Assembly (NCBI GenBank): GCA_965115855.1
Contig: OZ220470.1
Span: 1,854,318-1,918,317, forward strand
Reading direction: 5' to 3'
DNA: 64,000 bases
From: Vicinamibacteria bacterium
GTDB lineage: Bacteria; Acidobacteriota; Vicinamibacteria; Marinacidobacterales; Marinacidobacteraceae
Made by a program: the position numbers and the translations under genes. Under the pieces are notes generated by a model, which saw nothing but the letters and a program-made list of their open reading frames with translations, was not told the DNA's origin and searched no databases. Shown here in pieces: positions 1-7,723 of this stretch. Each line of letters starts with the position of its first letter. The stretch's first letter is position 1.

Positions 1-1070
1 GTCCCCTTGAGGGCGCTCTCGCTGAACAGCACGCCGTTGCTCGCCACCACTCCGACCGCGATTCCGTGAATGTGGGCGAAGCCGGTCACCAGGGTGGTTC
101 CGTACCGCTCCTTGAACTCGTCGAGGCGGCTCGCATCCAGCAGCCGGGCAAGGATTTCCCGGATGTCCACGCGCACCCGCCGATCCTTCGGCATGAGCCC
201 GAGGATCTCCTCCTCGGGGTAATCGGGCGTCTCGGGATGGCGGTCGGGGAGGTCGCGCCCGCCGGCGGGGGCCAGGCGGGCGACCGAGCGGCGCAGGATC
301 CCGATGGCGTCGCGGTCGTCCTCGGCGTAGTGGTCGGCCACTCCCGAGCGCTCGGTGTGGATGCGGGCGCCGCCGAGCTCCTCGGGAGTCACGACTTCCC
401 CGGTCGCGGCCCTCACCAGCGGCGGCCCCCCGAGATGGATCGTTCCGACGCCGGCCACGATGACCGCTTCGTCGCTCATCGCCGGCACATAGGCGCCGCC
501 AGCCGTGCACATCCCCATCACCGCCGAGAGTTGCGGAATCCCGGCAGCGCTCATCACCGCCTGATTGCGGAAGATGCGCCCGAAGTGGTCGCGGTCGGGG
601 AACACCTCCGCCTGCAGCGGGAGGAACGCGCCTCCGCTGTCCACCAGGTACAGGCACGGAAGACGCGCTGCCTCGGCGATCTCCTGCGCCCGAAGGTGCT
701 TCCTGACGGTAAGCGGGAAGTAGGTTCCGCCCTTCACGGTGGCGTCATTGGCGACGACCATCGTCATCCGGCCGGAAACGACTCCGACACCGGCGACCAG
801 CCCGGCAGCCGGCGTGGCCGTGTCGTAGCAGTCGAAGCCGGCAAGCGCTCCGATCTCCAGGAACTCGGTTCCCGGATCGGTCAGCAAACGGATCCGCTCC
901 CGCACGGGGAGCTTGCCCTGCTCCCGGTGGCGCTTCCGGGCGCGCTCGCCGCCGCCTTCCGCCGCTTCGGCGCGGCGGCGGTCGAGTTCCTCGCAGAGCG
1001 CGAGATTGTGCGCCCGGTTTTCGAGGAACGCGGCGGCGCCGGTGCGGACCTGTGACTTGATGCGTGCCAA
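1..1070 (-). CDS. liuB: Acyl-CoA carboxylase carboxyltransferase (3-methylcrotonyl-CoA carboxylase beta-like), 3' end runs off window
   Basis: Manual minus-strand translation from TTG 1070: [11 protein letters not shown]...[21 protein letters not shown]...CTAGGAY...[17 protein letters not shown]. Absent from the ORF track because no stop lies within the window. Confidence 0.85.
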   Translation of the reverse strand, partial: MARIKSQVRTGAAAFLENRAHNLALCEELDRRRAEAAEGGGERARKRHREQGKLPVRERIRLLTDPGTEFLEIGALAGFDCYDTATPAAGLVAGVGVVSGRMTMVVANDATVKGGTYFPLTVRKHLRAQEIAEAARLPCLYLVDSGGAFLPLQAEVFPDRDHFGRIFRNQAVMSAAGIPQLSAVMGMCTAGGAYVPAMSDEAVIVAGVGTIHLGGPPLVRAATGEVVTPEELGGARIHTERSGVADHYAEDDRDAIGILRRSVARLAPAGGRDLPDRHPETPDYPEEEILGLMPKDRRVRVDIREILARLLDASRLDEFKERYGTTLVTGFAHIHGIAVGVVASNGVLFSESALKG

Positions 1071-1456
1071 CGCCCGGATTCTACGGCGGAAAGGGCGTCT
1101 CCCGAACCCGCCCGATCGGCGACTACGAAGTGCGGTCGCCCGGATCCGCCCGCGGCGGCGACGTCTCCCCGTGGACCGCCCCGGAGGGCATCACCAGCGG
1201 GGCACGGATCCTCCACATCCGTGCGCTCCCCATCGCCCGGAACACAACACCGGGGCCACGCACGGCGGGATGATCCGGTGGCCGGAGGTCCTGGTGAGGA
1301 GGAGCGGGCCTTGTCGGGCGATTCGAGCCTGTTCCGATTTCGGACCTGCGGCGGGCCGGGGGGCTCCCGCGACGAGCCGGGATCGCTCCCTGGGCCCCGG
1401 GAACTCCCCGGGACCCATGCCGTATCGGAACCTCCCGCCCGGTCCGACCAGCGCTC

Positions 1457-1975
1457 TCAGCGCCGGAAGGAGGATTCCACGACCGGCTCGACCACCTCCC
1501 GGGCATCCCGCATGCTCGTGACGATGCCTTCGATTCGGGCGAGAGTCTCCCCGAACTCATCCATGCGCGTATCGATGCGACGTTCGAAGTCGTCGATCCG
1601 CCGTTCCAGTCCATCCAACCGCATCTCGACGGCTTCGAGGCGATGTTCGACGGCGTCGATCCGCCGTTCGACGGCGTCCAGCCGCATCTCGACGGCTTCG
1701 AGGCGGTGTTCGACAGCTTCGAGGCGGTGTTCGACGGCGTCGATCCGCCGTTCGAGAACATCGATCCGTTGTGCAAGGCGGTGTTCAACAGCTTCGATTT
1801 GCGCCCGTATATCCCGAAGGTCATCCGCGACGACCTGTTGGACCGTCCAGTGCGTCAGGGCCCCGAGAGCAGCCAGGATCCCAATGACAGCACCGACCGG
1901 AACGGCCCAATTGCGCACGGCAGCAATCACCCGGCCCGAAATCGACTCCACGCCGACCATGGCGTCCACACCCAT
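1457..1975 (-). CDS. Single-TM anchored coiled-coil repeat protein, cassette 1 (172 aa)
   Basis: GGAGG SD 7 nt before ATG; TM WAVPVGAVIGILAALGALTHW; 9 heptads + 1 hendecad in the variable stalk. Confidence 0.85.
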   Translation of the reverse strand: MGVDAMVGVESISGRVIAAVRNWAVPVGAVIGILAALGALTHWTVQQVVADDLRDIRAQIEAVEHRLAQRIDVLERRIDAVEHRLEAVEHRLEAVEMRLDAVERRIDAVEHRLEAVEMRLDGLERRIDDFERRIDTRMDEFGETLARIEGIVTSMRDAREVVEPVVESSFRR

Positions 1976-2086
1976 GACATGCCCTCCAAGGGAGGAAAGG
2001 AAGCAGAGGTCATTGTCGGGTGGGACTACCCATTCCCGTTACGGACCAGCACGATGCGCGAGGCACCATCGATCCCGCAGTGGCGA

Positions 2087-2095
2087 AGCATAACA
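2087..2095 (-). promoter_or_regulatory. Extended -10 element TGTTATGCT, one per cassette
   Basis: Matches TGnTAnnnT. Copies at 2087-2095, 2794-2802, 3480-3488, 4192-4200, 4844-4852, 5535-5543 (TGTTATGGT) and 6167-6175, each about 110-120 nt upstream of the ATG. Confidence 0.55.
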
Positions 2096-2164
2096 CCCCC
2101 GTGATCGCGGCCGCCGCCCTCTCCAGTCAGCCAACGCATGGCGCATGCACGGGGCACGCACAGC

Positions 2165-2214
2165 GAATCCTCTGCCAGCCCGACGAAGCGCTGTCAGCGA
2201 CCGGCAGAGGATTC
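2165..2214 (-). other. 12-bp inverted repeat straddling each cassette stop codon
   Basis: gaatcct(c/t)gcc-type arm ... ggc(a/g)gaggattc at 2165-2214, 2872-2933, 3551-3612, 4269-4318, 4915-4976 and 5613-5674. No U-tract. Confidence 0.6.
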
Positions 2215-2682
2215 CACGACTGGATCGACCACCTTCCGGGCGTCCCGCATGCTCGTGACCATGCCTTCGATTCGGGCGAGAGTCTCCCCGAACTCGTCCA
2301 TGCGTGTATCGATGCGACGTTCAAAGTCGTCGATGCGCGTATCGATGTGGCGTTCGAAGTCGTCGAATCGGCGTTCGAAGTCGTCCAGCCGCATCTCGAC
2401 GGCTTCGAGGCGGTGTTCGACAGCTTCGAGGCGCTGTTCGACGGCGTCGATCCGCCGTTCGAGAACATCGATCCGTTGTGCAAGGCGGTGTTCAACAGCT
2501 TCGATTTGCGCCCGTATATCCCGAAGGTCATCCGCGACGACCTGTTGGACCGTCCAGTGCGTCAGGGCCCCGAGAGCAGCCAGGATCCCAATGACAGCAC
2601 CGACCGGAACGGCCCAGTTGCGCACGGCGGCAGTCACCCGACCCGAAATCGACTCCACGCCGACCATGGCGTCCACACCCAT
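2194..2682 (-). CDS. Single-TM coiled-coil repeat protein, cassette 2 (162 aa)
   Basis: Paralog of cassette 1; stalk of 6 heptads + 2 hendecads. Confidence 0.85.
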   Translation of the reverse strand: MGVDAMVGVESISGRVTAAVRNWAVPVGAVIGILAALGALTHWTVQQVVADDLRDIRAQIEAVEHRLAQRIDVLERRIDAVEQRLEAVEHRLEAVEMRLDDFERRFDDFERHIDTRIDDFERRIDTRMDEFGETLARIEGMVTSMRDARKVVDPVVESSAGR

Positions 2683-2912
2683 GACATGCCCTCCAAGGGA
2701 GGAAAGGAAGCAGAGGTCATTGTCGGGTGGGACTACCCATTCCCGTTACGGACCAGCATGATGCGCGAGGCACCATCGATCCCGCAGCGACGAAGCATAA
2801 CACCCTCGTGATCGCGGCCGCCGCCCTCTCCCGTCAGCCAGCGCATGGCGCATGCACGGGGCACGCACAGCGAATCCTCCGCCAGCCCGACAAAGCGCTG
2901 CCCACGGCGCTG

Positions 2913-3368
2913 TCAGCGACCGGCAGAGGATTCCACGACCGGCTCGACCACCTGCCGGGCGTCCCGCATGCTCGTGACCATGCCTTCGATTCGGGCGAGA
3001 GTCTCCCCGAACTCGTCCATGCGCGTATCGATGCGACGTTCGAAGTCGTCGATCCGCGTATCGATGTGGCGTTCGAAGTCGTCGAATCGGCGTTCGAAGT
3101 CTTCCAGCCGCATCTCGACGGCTTCGAGGCGGTGTTCGAGGGCATCAAGACGATGTTCGACGGCATCAAGACGGTGTTCGACAGCGTCGATTTGCGCCCG
3201 TATGTCCCGAAGGTCATCCGCGACGACCTGTTGGACCGTCCAGTGCGTCAGGGCCCCGAGAGCAGCCAGGATCCCAATGACAGCACCGACCGGAACGGCC
3301 CAGTTGCGCACGGCGGCAGTCACCCGACCCGAAATCGACTCCACGCCGACCATGGCGTCAACACCCAT
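2913..3368 (-). CDS. Single-TM coiled-coil repeat protein, cassette 3 (151 aa)
   Basis: Paralog; 6 heptads + 1 hendecad. Confidence 0.85.
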   Translation of the reverse strand: MGVDAMVGVESISGRVTAAVRNWAVPVGAVIGILAALGALTHWTVQQVVADDLRDIRAQIDAVEHRLDAVEHRLDALEHRLEAVEMRLEDFERRFDDFERHIDTRIDDFERRIDTRMDEFGETLARIEGMVTSMRDARQVVEPVVESSAGR

Positions 3369-3591
3369 GACATGCCCTCCAAGGGAGGAAGGGAAGCAGA
3401 GGTCATTGTCGGGTGGGACTACCCATTCCCGTTACGGACCAGCACGATGCGCGAGGCACCATCGATCCCGCAGCGACGAAGCATAACACCCTCGTGATCG
3501 TGGCCGCCGCCCTCTCCAGTCAGCCAGCGCATGCACGGGGCACGCACAGCGAATCCTCCGCCAGCCCGACGAAGCGCTGCCCACGGCGCTG

Positions 3592-4080
3592 TCAACGCCC
3601 GGCGGAGGATTCCACGACCGGCTCGGCCACCTGCCGGGCGTCCCGCATGCTCGTGACGATGCCTTCAATTCGGGCGAGAGTCTCCCCGAAGTCGTCCATG
3701 CGCGTGTCGATGCGGCGTTCGAAGTCGTCGATCCGCCGTTCCAGTCCATCCAGCCGCATCTCAACGGCTTCGAGGCGATGTTCGACAGCTTCGATCCGCT
3801 GTTCGACGGCGTCGATCCGCCGTTCGAGGCGATGTTCGACGGCTTCAATTCGCCGTTCGAGACTGTGCTCGACATCGTCGATTCGCCGTTCGACGATTTC
3901 GATTTGCGCCCGTATATCCCGAAGGTCGTCCGCGACGACTTGTTGGACCGTCCAGTGCGTCAGGGCCCCGAGAGCAGCCAGGATCCCAATGACAGCACCG
4001 ACCGGAACGGCCCAGTTGCGCACGGCGGCAATCACCCGGCCCGAAATCGACTCCACGCCGACCATGGCGTCCACACCCAT
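3592..4080 (-). CDS. Single-TM coiled-coil repeat protein, cassette 4 (162 aa)
   Basis: Paralog; 6 heptads + 2 hendecads, different module identities from cassette 2. Confidence 0.85.
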   Translation of the reverse strand: MGVDAMVGVESISGRVIAAVRNWAVPVGAVIGILAALGALTHWTVQQVVADDLRDIRAQIEIVERRIDDVEHSLERRIEAVEHRLERRIDAVEQRIEAVEHRLEAVEMRLDGLERRIDDFERRIDTRMDDFGETLARIEGIVTSMRDARQVAEPVVESSAGR

Positions 4081-4297
4081 GACATGCCCTCCAAGGGAGG
4101 AAAGGAAGCAGAGGTCATTGTCGGGTGGGACTACCCATTCCCGTTACGGACTAGCACGATGCGCGAGGCACCATCGATCCCGCAGTGGCGAAGCATAACA
4201 CCCCCGTGATCGCGGCCGCCGCCCTCTCCAGTCAGCCAACGCATGGCGCATGCACGGGCACGCACAGCGAATCCTCTGCCAGCCCGACGAAGCGCTG

Positions 4298-4732
4298 TCA
4301 GCGACCGGCAGAGGATTCCACGACCGGCTCGACCACCTGCCGGGCGTCCCGCATGCTCGTGACCATGCCTTCGATTCGGGCGAGAGTCTCCCCGAACTCG
4401 TCCATGCGTGTATCGATGCGGCGTTCGAAGTCGTCGATGCGCCGTTCCAGTCCATCCAGCCGCATCTCGACGGCTTCGAGGCGATGTTCGACAGCTTCAA
4501 TCCGCCGTTCGAGGACATCGATCCGTTGTGCAAGGCGGTGTTCAACGGCATCGATTTGCGCCCGTATATCCCGAAGGTCATCCGCGACGACCTGTTGGAC
4601 CGTCCAGTGCGTCAGGGCCCCGAGAGCAGCCAGGATCCCAATGACAGCACCGACCGGAACGGCCCAGTTGCGCACGGCGGCAATCACCCGACCCGAAATC
4701 GACTCCACACCGACCATGGCGTCCACACCCAT
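4298..4732 (-). CDS. Single-TM coiled-coil repeat protein, cassette 5 (144 aa)
   Basis: Paralog; 5 heptads + 1 hendecad. Confidence 0.85.
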   Translation of the reverse strand: MGVDAMVGVESISGRVIAAVRNWAVPVGAVIGILAALGALTHWTVQQVVADDLRDIRAQIDAVEHRLAQRIDVLERRIEAVEHRLEAVEMRLDGLERRIDDFERRIDTRMDEFGETLARIEGMVTSMRDARQVVEPVVESSAGR

Positions 4733-4955
4733 GACATGCCCTCCAAGGAAGGAAAGGAAGCAGAGGTCATTGTCGGGTGGGACTACCCATTCCCGTTACG
4801 GACCAGCACGATGCGCGAGGCACCATCGATCCCGTAGTGACGAAGCATAACACCCTCGTGATCGTGGCCGCCGCCCTCTCCAGTCAGCCAGCGCATGCAC
4901 GGGGCACGCACAGCGAATCCTCCGCCAGCCCGACAAAGCGCTGCCCACGGCGCTG

Positions 4956-5423
4956 TCAGCGACCGGCAGAGGATTCCACGACCGGCTCGACCACCTGCCG
5001 GGCGTCCCGCATGCTCGTGACCATGCCTTCGATTCGGGCGAGAGTCTCCCCGAACTCGTCCATGCGCGTATCGATGCGACGTTCGAAGTCGTCGATCCGC
5101 CGTTCCAGTCCATCCAGCCGCATCTCAACGGCTTCGAGGCGGTGTTCGACAGCTTCAATCCGCCGTTCGAGGCGATGTTCGACGGATTCAATCCGCCGTT
5201 CGAGAACATCGATCCGTTGTGCAAGGCGGTGTTCAACGGCGTCGATCCGCGCCCGTATATCCCGAAGGTCGTCCGCGACGACTTGTTGGACCGTCCAGTG
5301 CGTCAGGGCCCCGAGAGCAGCCAGGATCCCAATGACAGCACCGACCGGAACGGCCCAGTTGCGCACGGCGGCAATCACCCGGCCCGAAATCGACTCCACA
5401 CCGACCATGGTGCCAACACCCAT
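4956..5423 (-). CDS. Single-TM coiled-coil repeat protein, cassette 6 (155 aa)
   Basis: Paralog; 5 heptads + 2 hendecads. Confidence 0.85.
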   Translation of the reverse strand: MGVGTMVGVESISGRVIAAVRNWAVPVGAVIGILAALGALTHWTVQQVVADDLRDIRARIDAVEHRLAQRIDVLERRIESVEHRLERRIEAVEHRLEAVEMRLDGLERRIDDFERRIDTRMDEFGETLARIEGMVTSMRDARQVVEPVVESSAGR

Positions 5424-5653
5424 GACATGCCCTCCAAGGGAGGAAGGGAAGCAGAGGTCATTGTCGGGTGGGACTACCCATTCCCGTTACGGACCAGCAC
5501 GATGCGCGAGGCACCATCGATCCCGCAGGGGCGAACCATAACAACCCCGTGATCGCGGCCGTAGCCCTCTCCAGTCAGCCCGTGCATGGCGCATGCACGG
5601 GGCACGCACAGCGAATCCTCCGCCAGCCCGACGAAGCGCTGCCCACGGCGCTG

Positions 5654-6055
5654 TCAACGCCCGGCGGAGGATTCCACGACCGGCTCGGCCACCTGCCGGG
5701 CGTCCCGCATGCTCGTGACGATGCCTTCAATTCGGGCGAGAGTCTCCCCGAAGTCGTCCATGCGCGTGTCGATGCGGCGTTCGAAGTCGTCGATCCGCCG
5801 TTCCAGTCCATCCAGCCGCATCTCGACGGCTTCGAGGCGGTGTTCGAGGGCATCAAGACGGTGTTCGACGGCGTCGATCCGCGCCCGTATATCCCGAAGG
5901 TCGTCCGCGACGACCTGTTGGACCGTCCAGTGCGTCAGGGCCCCGAGAGCAGCCAGGATCCCAATGACAGCACCGACCGGAACGGCCCAGTTGCGCACGG
6001 CGGCAGTCACCCGACCCGAAATCGACTCCACACCGACCATGGCGTCCACACCCAT
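5654..6055 (-). CDS. Single-TM coiled-coil repeat protein, cassette 7 (133 aa)
   Basis: Shortest paralog; 5 heptads. Confidence 0.85.
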   Translation of the reverse strand: MGVDAMVGVESISGRVTAAVRNWAVPVGAVIGILAALGALTHWTVQQVVADDLRDIRARIDAVEHRLDALEHRLEAVEMRLDGLERRIDDFERRIDTRMDDFGETLARIEGIVTSMRDARQVAEPVVESSAGR

Positions 6056-6291
6056 GACATGCCCTCCAAGGAAGGAAAGGAAGCAGAGGTCATTGTCGGG
6101 TGGGACTACCCATTCCCGTTACGGACCAGCACGATGCGCGAGGCACCATCGATCCCGCAGTGGGCAAGCATAACACCCCCCGGTGGGGTCGGGATTCCGG
6201 CCCCGTTCCCGCGCGCGGCATGCAGCCCGCCAGTCCACCGATGAAATCGGCATTCGGGCCAGGCGCCGGCCCCATGTGTTTCCATACCCGC

Positions 6292-7437
6292 ATGACCTGC
6301 CTCCGATCCCCCCTGCTGCCCGGCCTGCTCGCTGCCACGCTCCTCCACTGCGGCGGTTCCGAACCCGCTCCCGACGCGGACGACCCGATCGACCGTTTCG
6401 ATCGGGCGGTGGCGGCATTTCCCCGGGTGGACCTGGCCCACCTGCCGACCGCGCTCGACGAGATGCCGGCGCTCGCCGCCGAGCTGGGCGGGCCGCGACT
6501 CTTCGTGAAACGCGAGGATCTGACCGGTCTGGCGTTCGGCGGGAACAAGGCACGGAAGCTGGAATTCATCCTTGCCGACGCCGTGGAAAAGGAGAGCGAC
6601 TCGGTCCTTACCTGGGCCGGGGTCCAGTCCAACTGGGCACGGATGACCGCCGCCGGCGCCCGGAACCTGGGGTTGCAGCCGATCCTGGTGCTGCAGCGGG
6701 CCGAGCACCAGACAGTCAACCCGGCGGACGGCAACCTGCTGCTCGACCGCATCCTGGATGCGGACGTCCGCCTCCTCGAACCGGGTGACGACCGGGAGGC
6801 CGCGGTGGACCGGATCGCCGAAGCGGAGATTGCCGCCGGGCGCAAGCCCTATGTGGTGGCCGTCGGCGGCTCGCGGACCGGACATTCGATGGATCGCCCG
6901 CTCGGGGCAGTGGCCTACGCGCAGGCGTTCCGCGAGCTGATCGAACAGGCGCGGCAGCTCGGGATCCGGCCCACCCACATTGTCCACGCATCCGGCTCGG
7001 GCAGCACCCAGGCCGGATTCGTGGTGGGTGCGCGGGCACTCGCTCCCGAAGTGCGGGTGATCGGAATCTCCACCGGCGGGACCAAGGAAGCCAGCGAAGC
7101 CAACGTTCTTGCCATCGCCCGCGGCACGGCGGAGGCGATGGAGCTGGATATCGCAATCGGGCCGGACGACGTCGTGGTGATGGACGACTGGGTGGGTGAG
7201 GGATACGGCATCCTGAACGCCAGCATCGTGAGCGCCATCGCGCAGGTCGCGCGGACCGAGGGGCTGCTGCTGGACCCGGTCTACACCGGGAAAGCCATGG
7301 CGGGCCTGCTGGATCTGATCCAAGGCGGCGATCTCGGAAGTGACGAGACCGTGGTCTTCATCCACACCGGCGGCACGCCGGCGCTCTTCCCGTACCGCGA
7401 GGGATTGCTCGACGGACTGGCCGAATCGGGATCCTGA
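6292..7437 (+). CDS. dcyD: D-cysteine desulfhydrase/ACC-deaminase family PLP enzyme with signal-like N-terminal extension
   Basis: KREDLTGLAFGGNKARKLEF (PLP Lys), QSNW, SGSGSTQAG, LDPVYTGK, HTGG. Start placed at ATG 6292 because the ORF-track start at 6100 lies inside the array. Confidence 0.85.
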   Translation: MTCLRSPLLPGLLAATLLHCGGSEPAPDADDPIDRFDRAVAAFPRVDLAHLPTALDEMPALAAELGGPRLFVKREDLTGLAFGGNKARKLEFILADAVEKESDSVLTWAGVQSNWARMTAAGARNLGLQPILVLQRAEHQTVNPADGNLLLDRILDADVRLLEPGDDREAAVDRIAEAEIAAGRKPYVVAVGGSRTGHSMDRPLGAVAYAQAFRELIEQARQLGIRPTHIVHASGSGSTQAGFVVGARALAPEVRVIGISTGGTKEASEANVLAIARGTAEAMELDIAIGPDDVVVMDDWVGEGYGILNASIVSAIAQVARTEGLLLDPVYTGKAMAGLLDLIQGGDLGSDETVVFIHTGGTPALFPYREGLLDGLAESGS

Positions 7438-7453
7438 ACGGGCACGACGAACC

Positions 7454-7476
7454 TCGAGGGCGTGACAAGCCCTCGA
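7454..7476. other. 8-bp stem hairpin after first desulfhydrase gene
   Basis: tcgagggc-N7-gccctcga; no U-tract. Confidence 0.35.
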
Positions 7477-7723
7477 CGGTCGGGCGCAGGAGTGCGGAAG
7501 CCAGTGCGGAAGCCAGCGCCCGGGCGCCTCGCGGGCCCCTTCGTACCCCGGGGGACCGCCGTTTCGGTCAAGGATGGGGCCCGCCCGCATCCGATCATGA
7601 TCCGGGACCCCATCGCGGAAGATCGTCCCGTGGCAAACTCGGCCGGCGCCCGCATCCCGGAGAAGGGAACCCGTCAAGTCGGGCGGTCCCTCCCGCGGGT
7701 TCCCATCAGTTCGGAGTCTTGTC

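Larger units (their letters stand above)
1428..6180 (-). repeat. Head-to-tail tandem array of seven gene-sized cassettes (periods 707, 686, 712, 652, 691, 632 bp)
   Basis: Units start with gtgatcg at 2101, 2808, 3494, 4206, 4858, 5549 and end at the cataaca(c/a)ccc motif (last end 6180). Unit 1 has a diverged left edge near 1428-1470. Spacers and ORF ends are near-identical; the internal 21/33-bp module number varies. Confidence 0.97.

Noticed and set aside
66-1055. 329-aa plus-strand ORF
   Set aside because: Antisense shadow of the carboxyltransferase gene.
1428-6180. Array as a CRISPR, integron cassette array or diversity-generating retroelement
   Set aside because: Units are 630-710 bp homologous genes, not repeats with unique spacers. 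I saw no attC RYYYAAC/GTTRRRY cores, no integrase, cas or reverse transcriptase, and variation is not adenine-specific.
1123-6244. Many overlapping plus-strand and alternative-frame ORFs across the array (Ser/Arg-rich or FDGVDPP-type)
   Set aside because: Shadow frames of the TCGA-rich 21-bp modules. They lack an SD, start and stop inconsistently between units, and break at spacer indels, whereas the minus-strand ORF is intact in all seven.
7490-7515. 12-bp tandem duplication agtgcggaagcc x2
   Set aside because: Two copies only; no function inferable.
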